Below are positions 59,550 through 64,000 of a stretch of 64,000 nucleotides of DNA, piece by piece (the first letter of the stretch is position 1; each line of letters opens with the position of its first letter). This DNA comes from an uncultured Nitrososphaerales archaeon (GTDB lineage Archaea; Thermoproteota; Nitrososphaeria; Nitrososphaerales; Nitrososphaeraceae): assembly GCA_963709405.1 (NCBI GenBank), contig CAVPXM010000013.1:32001-96000 (forward strand), written 5' to 3'. The translations under genes and the position numbers were made by a program. The notes under the pieces are model-generated. The model was not told the DNA's origin. It saw only the letters and a program-made list of their open reading frames with translations, and did no database searches.

Positions 59550-60260
59550 TCACATATAATTATTGATACCTTATTTATATTACGCCGATAATACTGTGTC
59601 AATATTGACTCATAGGATTTTGTTACATGCATTGTATTTTTGACCATTATTTTTGTAATAATCAATAATATGACTTTCTCATGTCATTTATCTTCATGCA
59701 AACCGGAATCATCATCGTCTAAGAAAAACATGCCGATGAATTGTATTTGCTAGATAAAATCCCCAATTTCGCTCCAGTAACTCACTCCTCAGTAATATTC
59801 ACGAGTTCGCGTCTCATCTTTATATTAAAAGTATTCAATTCGTTATTTCATTAAAATCACGTGTCTTAAATGGAACCTTAACTATCAATTGCAACCGCGT
59901 TATTTTCATTATTAAATTTATTTAATTCAAATAGATAAAATATTTCATAATTGCTTCGATTTATGGCTAACATCTACACAGCAATCGATAACCTAAAGAA
60001 ACATCCTCATCTCCTGCAAATGAATAAAGACGCAGGCAAAATGTAACATCGCAAATAGTGTTCTATCTTGTTTACAACTTTCTTGTTAACAACAGTCTAA
60101 TCTGTTCATCCAAGAATGCGTATTCTCAACCACCCTTCGTCTAACTCTATATCTTGATAATACTTTTCTTTTCCTTCCTTGCTTTAGTTTTAAATAGATA
60201 TAAAAAATATGGTTTAATTGAGGAAGTTTATGGCGTAATGAATTAACGAATTAATTCAAA

Positions 60261-60674
60261 ATGCTTAAGACTCAGGACATTCCTTTAGGATACATTATGC
60301 TTGACAAAAATACACTTGACCAATTATGCAATCCTATTTTTACTCTTGATTCTACCATACGCTTTGTGGGTATCATAAATAAGATGGGCAAACTTGTTGC
60401 AGGAGGAATGAAACAAGGCTTAAAATCCATGGAAAATAATGAAAAGTCATTAGAACTATACATGGAATTTGTCCTTAAGAATGAGATGAATAAAGATTTT
60501 GACCTTGAATTTGGCGAAACCATTTACAGTTTTTCAGAAAGAGAAAAAATTAAACTTGCATCATTTCCACTGGATGACAACTATTTGTTAAGAGTATCCA
60601 TGGATAAAGATGGAGCGCACAACGAAATAATTGAAAAGATATTAGAACTACTCGAGAAAAACAGATTGAAATAA
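60261..60674 (+). CDS. DUF6659/roadblock-like thaumarchaeal protein
   Basis: IRFVGIINKMGKLVAGG...FDLEFG..YSFSEREK. Confidence 0.7.
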   Translation: MLKTQDIPLGYIMLDKNTLDQLCNPIFTLDSTIRFVGIINKMGKLVAGGMKQGLKSMENNEKSLELYMEFVLKNEMNKDFDLEFGETIYSFSEREKIKLASFPLDDNYLLRVSMDKDGAHNEIIEKILELLEKNRLK

Positions 60675-60796
60675 TATAGGTCCAGAGTCGTTATTTTACC
60701 GAAATATTTTGTCAGATACGTTAATTAAGATCTCATGGCCTGCTTCTTAGTATCATTATCGGTCTCTAAGAAGGTATATTTTAGTTTGGGCCTATT

Positions 60797-61115
60797 TCAA
60801 TTTTCCCGAAGCAGTGGTGACACATAAAATAATCTTGTCTGATCATTACTACTATTTGTGACAATTATTTGACCACTCATCCATGGATGAATGGTACAAT
60901 AATATTGATACATATCTGGAACAGAAAAGACATAAAAATATGATTGATTTAACGTAATTATGCCAGAATTGAATTTGTGATCATAGCCATTACTTTGGTT
61001 TCCACTTGTAACAGTATGAGGAAATTTGTCTTCATTAATCCAGGTTACTTCAGATCCAGCTGTAATAATTGTATTTGAGGGTATATATCTTTCTGAAATA
61101 ACTGCTCTCCAAGCT
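60797..61115 (-). pseudogene. Plastocyanin/azurin-family cupredoxin domain lacking a start
   Basis: VTWINEDKFPHTVTSG...YYCTIHPWMSG (His-Cys-His-Met ligands). Confidence 0.8.
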
Positions 61116-61351
61116 CAGTTATTCGAATTTAGACTCTGCTGAATACACTTGACAGATGATGACTTTTTGGTGATATATCTTTACCCTAGATTTATTTACA
61201 GTCGTTTTTCCTTACTGCCTATACATGGATGGTATTATACTATGTAACAATATTTACAAATATGCACTAATCGAAACGACAGTTATGAAATCTGCTTTGA
61301 TTTCAATGACTATACAAAAGTACATTTTCATTTCCGGTATGTGTTATGAGC

Positions 61352-62719
61352 TTATGGCAAACCAGGTATCTGAGGTAATTCTGGTGGTGCCTGCTCCAAT
61401 GATTGGTTCTGAGTTGACGAAAGTGATGTAATATGTCGCGCTTCAAGGGTCGTCGTAATATCCATTATTCGTCCGTTTCTATTTATCTTTAAATCTAAAG
61501 TATCCCCTACAGATTTGTGCCCATCAAGATAGTTAATTATGTCGTCAATTTGCCTGACAGGATGTCCATCAATTGCTACTATTATATCAGGTATATTGAT
61601 AGTACGATTACTGTTTCTGTTTTTCAAAGCACTACTGATATTATTATTCGCATTACTCGTCTGATTCAATCCTCTTAAACCTGCTTTATCTGCAGGACTA
61701 CGAGCTTGGATTGCAGCTATCATAACTCCTTTGTAATTTTTCGGTAAGCCAGTGGTATTATACACTTCTGATGGAATTTTACCACCAGCAATTCCGAGCC
61801 AGGGATGACTATAACTTCCATTTTGAATTAATTTAGGTACTACACGAGCTATATCATCAGAAGGAATTGCGAAACCAACTCCAGAATATGTTCCGCTGTC
61901 TGAAATGATGGCGGTATTCATTCCTATTACTTGACCTTGCATATTCAATAATGGACCTCCAGAATTGCCGGGATTGATTGCAGCATTAGTTTGAATGGTA
62001 TTTGCTATAGAATATCCTGTATCTGGATTTGGTAATAAACGTGCTATTTGACTTATAATACCTGTTGTCATGCTACCACTAAGACCAAACGGATTACCAA
62101 TGGCTATAACTTGCTGTCCTACTTGTAGATTAGAAGAATTTGTAATTGGGAGGGAAACGAGTTTTTCATCTGAGAAGTTACCAATAAGCTGAAGTACTGC
62201 AATATCACTAAATGGATCTCTTCCCATAACCTTTGCTTGGTATGTATTCCCATCTGTAAAGGCTACATCCACCACTTTATTAGTAATATTGAAAGCATCT
62301 GGCACTACGTGATTATTAGTTACGATATGTCCTTTCCCATCATAAATAAATCCAGAGCCAAGTGCAGTACTATTTCCACTCAAGCGCTTTCCATTTATAA
62401 TAATAATTTCATTGGGATTCGAGATTGTAGTTGTTATTTGTACAACAGAGTTTTCCACACGCTTGAAGATATCCGTAAGAGATAAAGATGAGGAAGATGA
62501 AAAAGGCGGTATTTGCTGATTTGCAGTTTGATTGGTTTGCGAAGGGTCGGTTGAAGTGAACGGGGCGATCGAATTATAGACTTTCTGTTGAAGGCCTTTA
62601 TGTGCAATAATTGCATATTGAATGAAAGATGATGGTAAAACTGCTAGACTTATGAAAGTTAGACATATTAATATTAATAACATTTTGAATGTTGTTCTGG
62701 TTAATCTTCTATTTGACAT
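61352..62719 (-). CDS. HtrA/DegP-like serine protease with PDZ domain
   Basis: TNNHVV, DIAVL, GNSGGPL triad; N-terminal TM; PDZ. Confidence 0.93.
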   Translation of the reverse strand: MSNRRLTRTTFKMLLILICLTFISLAVLPSSFIQYAIIAHKGLQQKVYNSIAPFTSTDPSQTNQTANQQIPPFSSSSSLSLTDIFKRVENSVVQITTTISNPNEIIIINGKRLSGNSTALGSGFIYDGKGHIVTNNHVVPDAFNITNKVVDVAFTDGNTYQAKVMGRDPFSDIAVLQLIGNFSDEKLVSLPITNSSNLQVGQQVIAIGNPFGLSGSMTTGIISQIARLLPNPDTGYSIANTIQTNAAINPGNSGGPLLNMQGQVIGMNTAIISDSGTYSGVGFAIPSDDIARVVPKLIQNGSYSHPWLGIAGGKIPSEVYNTTGLPKNYKGVMIAAIQARSPADKAGLRGLNQTSNANNNISSALKNRNSNRTINIPDIIVAIDGHPVRQIDDIINYLDGHKSVGDTLDLKINRNGRIMDITTTLEARHITSLSSTQNQSLEQAPPELPQIPGLP

Positions 62720-62867
62720 TCTAAACAGAGCATTAGTTCTTACGATACTAATTTATATATATATTAGCAAAACGATTTCATCAAGATCCCTTATTTGTTT
62801 TTCATTCGATATAGATTTAGCTGACAAATCTTATAAAGTCACGAGCTTTGCTATCTAGTCATTGATG

Positions 62868-62893
62868 AATAATAATAATAATAATAATAATAA
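62868..62893. repeat. (AAT)n microsatellite
   Basis: About 8.7 AAT units. Confidence 0.8.
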
Positions 62894-63300
62894 CGATATT
62901 CAGACATAACACTATCAGCAAACCAGTCACCGGATCAGCAAATGACTCAAGAAGGAAAAGCAGCGATGTGCAAGCCTAATGAAGCTTCAGTATATGGCAC
63001 CAAATCAAAAGTGTGTGAAATTCCAGCAACAACAAACAATAATACTGCAGCAAGTCCTTAACTGCAATTTAAGAACATAAAACCTCATTATTTAACTAGG
63101 GCAGATGTAGGTAAGTGCTATAATCCGACTGCGAAAATAGAAGTGTCTATCATAATGAAATTTTTATATTAAATAGATGGATCCTTTGGATCAATTCTTA
63201 CATTTTTTGAGGATGCAAATTCAAAAATCTTCTTTTACAAAAATCTGAAATGTATTTCATAAATACTAATAAGATGATAACATATTAAATTCATTCCTCA

Positions 63301-63904
63301 ATGGTATCACATGCCAATAACGATCTCAATTTCCACGCTTATGGCTTAAAATTCATGCCAATTGTCATCATCCTTATTTTTTTAATAGTATCTACCATGT
63401 TGAATTGTAATAATGATTACGGCCTTAAGAGAGTTGGATTGGCAATTAGCCAAAAACACCATCATAATAATAACATTAACATCATCAATACAGATAAAAT
63501 AGCAATATCATCTCATAAAGCTACCACAACTAAGAAGATGAGTACTAAGCATCGTTCCAATGCATCGACAACTAGCAATGGCATGATTGATGGAGTTAAT
63601 AACAATAACAAGGTAGTGATTCTGACTTTTGGAGATACAATAAAAAGTTAAGTTACAACCGCAAAGCCGATATTAGATCAATATGGGTTTAAAGCAAGCT
63701 TCTTTATAACTTGTGGGTTTCCAGGTGAAAGCAGTAAGAATAAAGGGACAGAGCAATAACGTAATGCCACGTATGAGCTGGAATGACATATTGTCGTTAC
63801 AACAAGATGGTCAGGAGATAGAATCAAAAGGAATGACACACCGAGATCTCAATTTATTAGCTCCAAATGATTTAGAATTCGAAATAGGTGGCTCAAAACA
63901 ATAG
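63301..63904 (+). pseudogene. Polysaccharide deacetylase, disrupted
   Basis: VILTFGD, PILDQYGFKASFFI, MSWNDI, EIESKGMTH; stop codon and frameshift. Confidence 0.75.
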
Positions 63905-64000
63905 ATCTCTTGCGTAATTAGCAGTTATGATCTATTAATGCTGCCTATTTTGACTGTATTCTTAGATTGAAATCCTGTTAGACTGCATCACTCTGAAGTT

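Noticed and set aside
1-64000. CRISPR array, tRNA or rRNA genes
   Set aside because: No regularly spaced repeats or recognisable structural RNA genes were seen by eye.

Overview
AT-rich archaeal DNA, most likely from a soil ammonia-oxidising archaeon (Nitrososphaeraceae). This is inferred from purP, DUF6659, cupredoxin and Nitrososphaera-type integrase, terminase and IS remnants. About 1-56 kb is a decayed accessory region with IS481 x2, IS630, IS5, an IS4/IS982-like element, IS110 and IS6 remnants, provirus debris and many pseudogenes; core-like genes resume near 57 kb. The main signal is a DNA-repair operon in two diverged copies (14.5-20.6 kb and 34.1-41.5 kb): RadA paralog, RPA-like protein, inactivated RadA, PPB2-like protein, PolB2 and (in copy B) DUF72. 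The RPA-like protein appears to carry an Argonaute N-L1-PAZ-L2 half, without MID/PIWI, inserted inside its Zn-finger OB fold. Both operon copies are preceded by a conserved hairpin whose interior appears flipped between copies. A three-domain LigD lies nearby. All domain calls are from motif reading by eye and need HMM or structure confirmation. Some frameshifts may be long-read errors.
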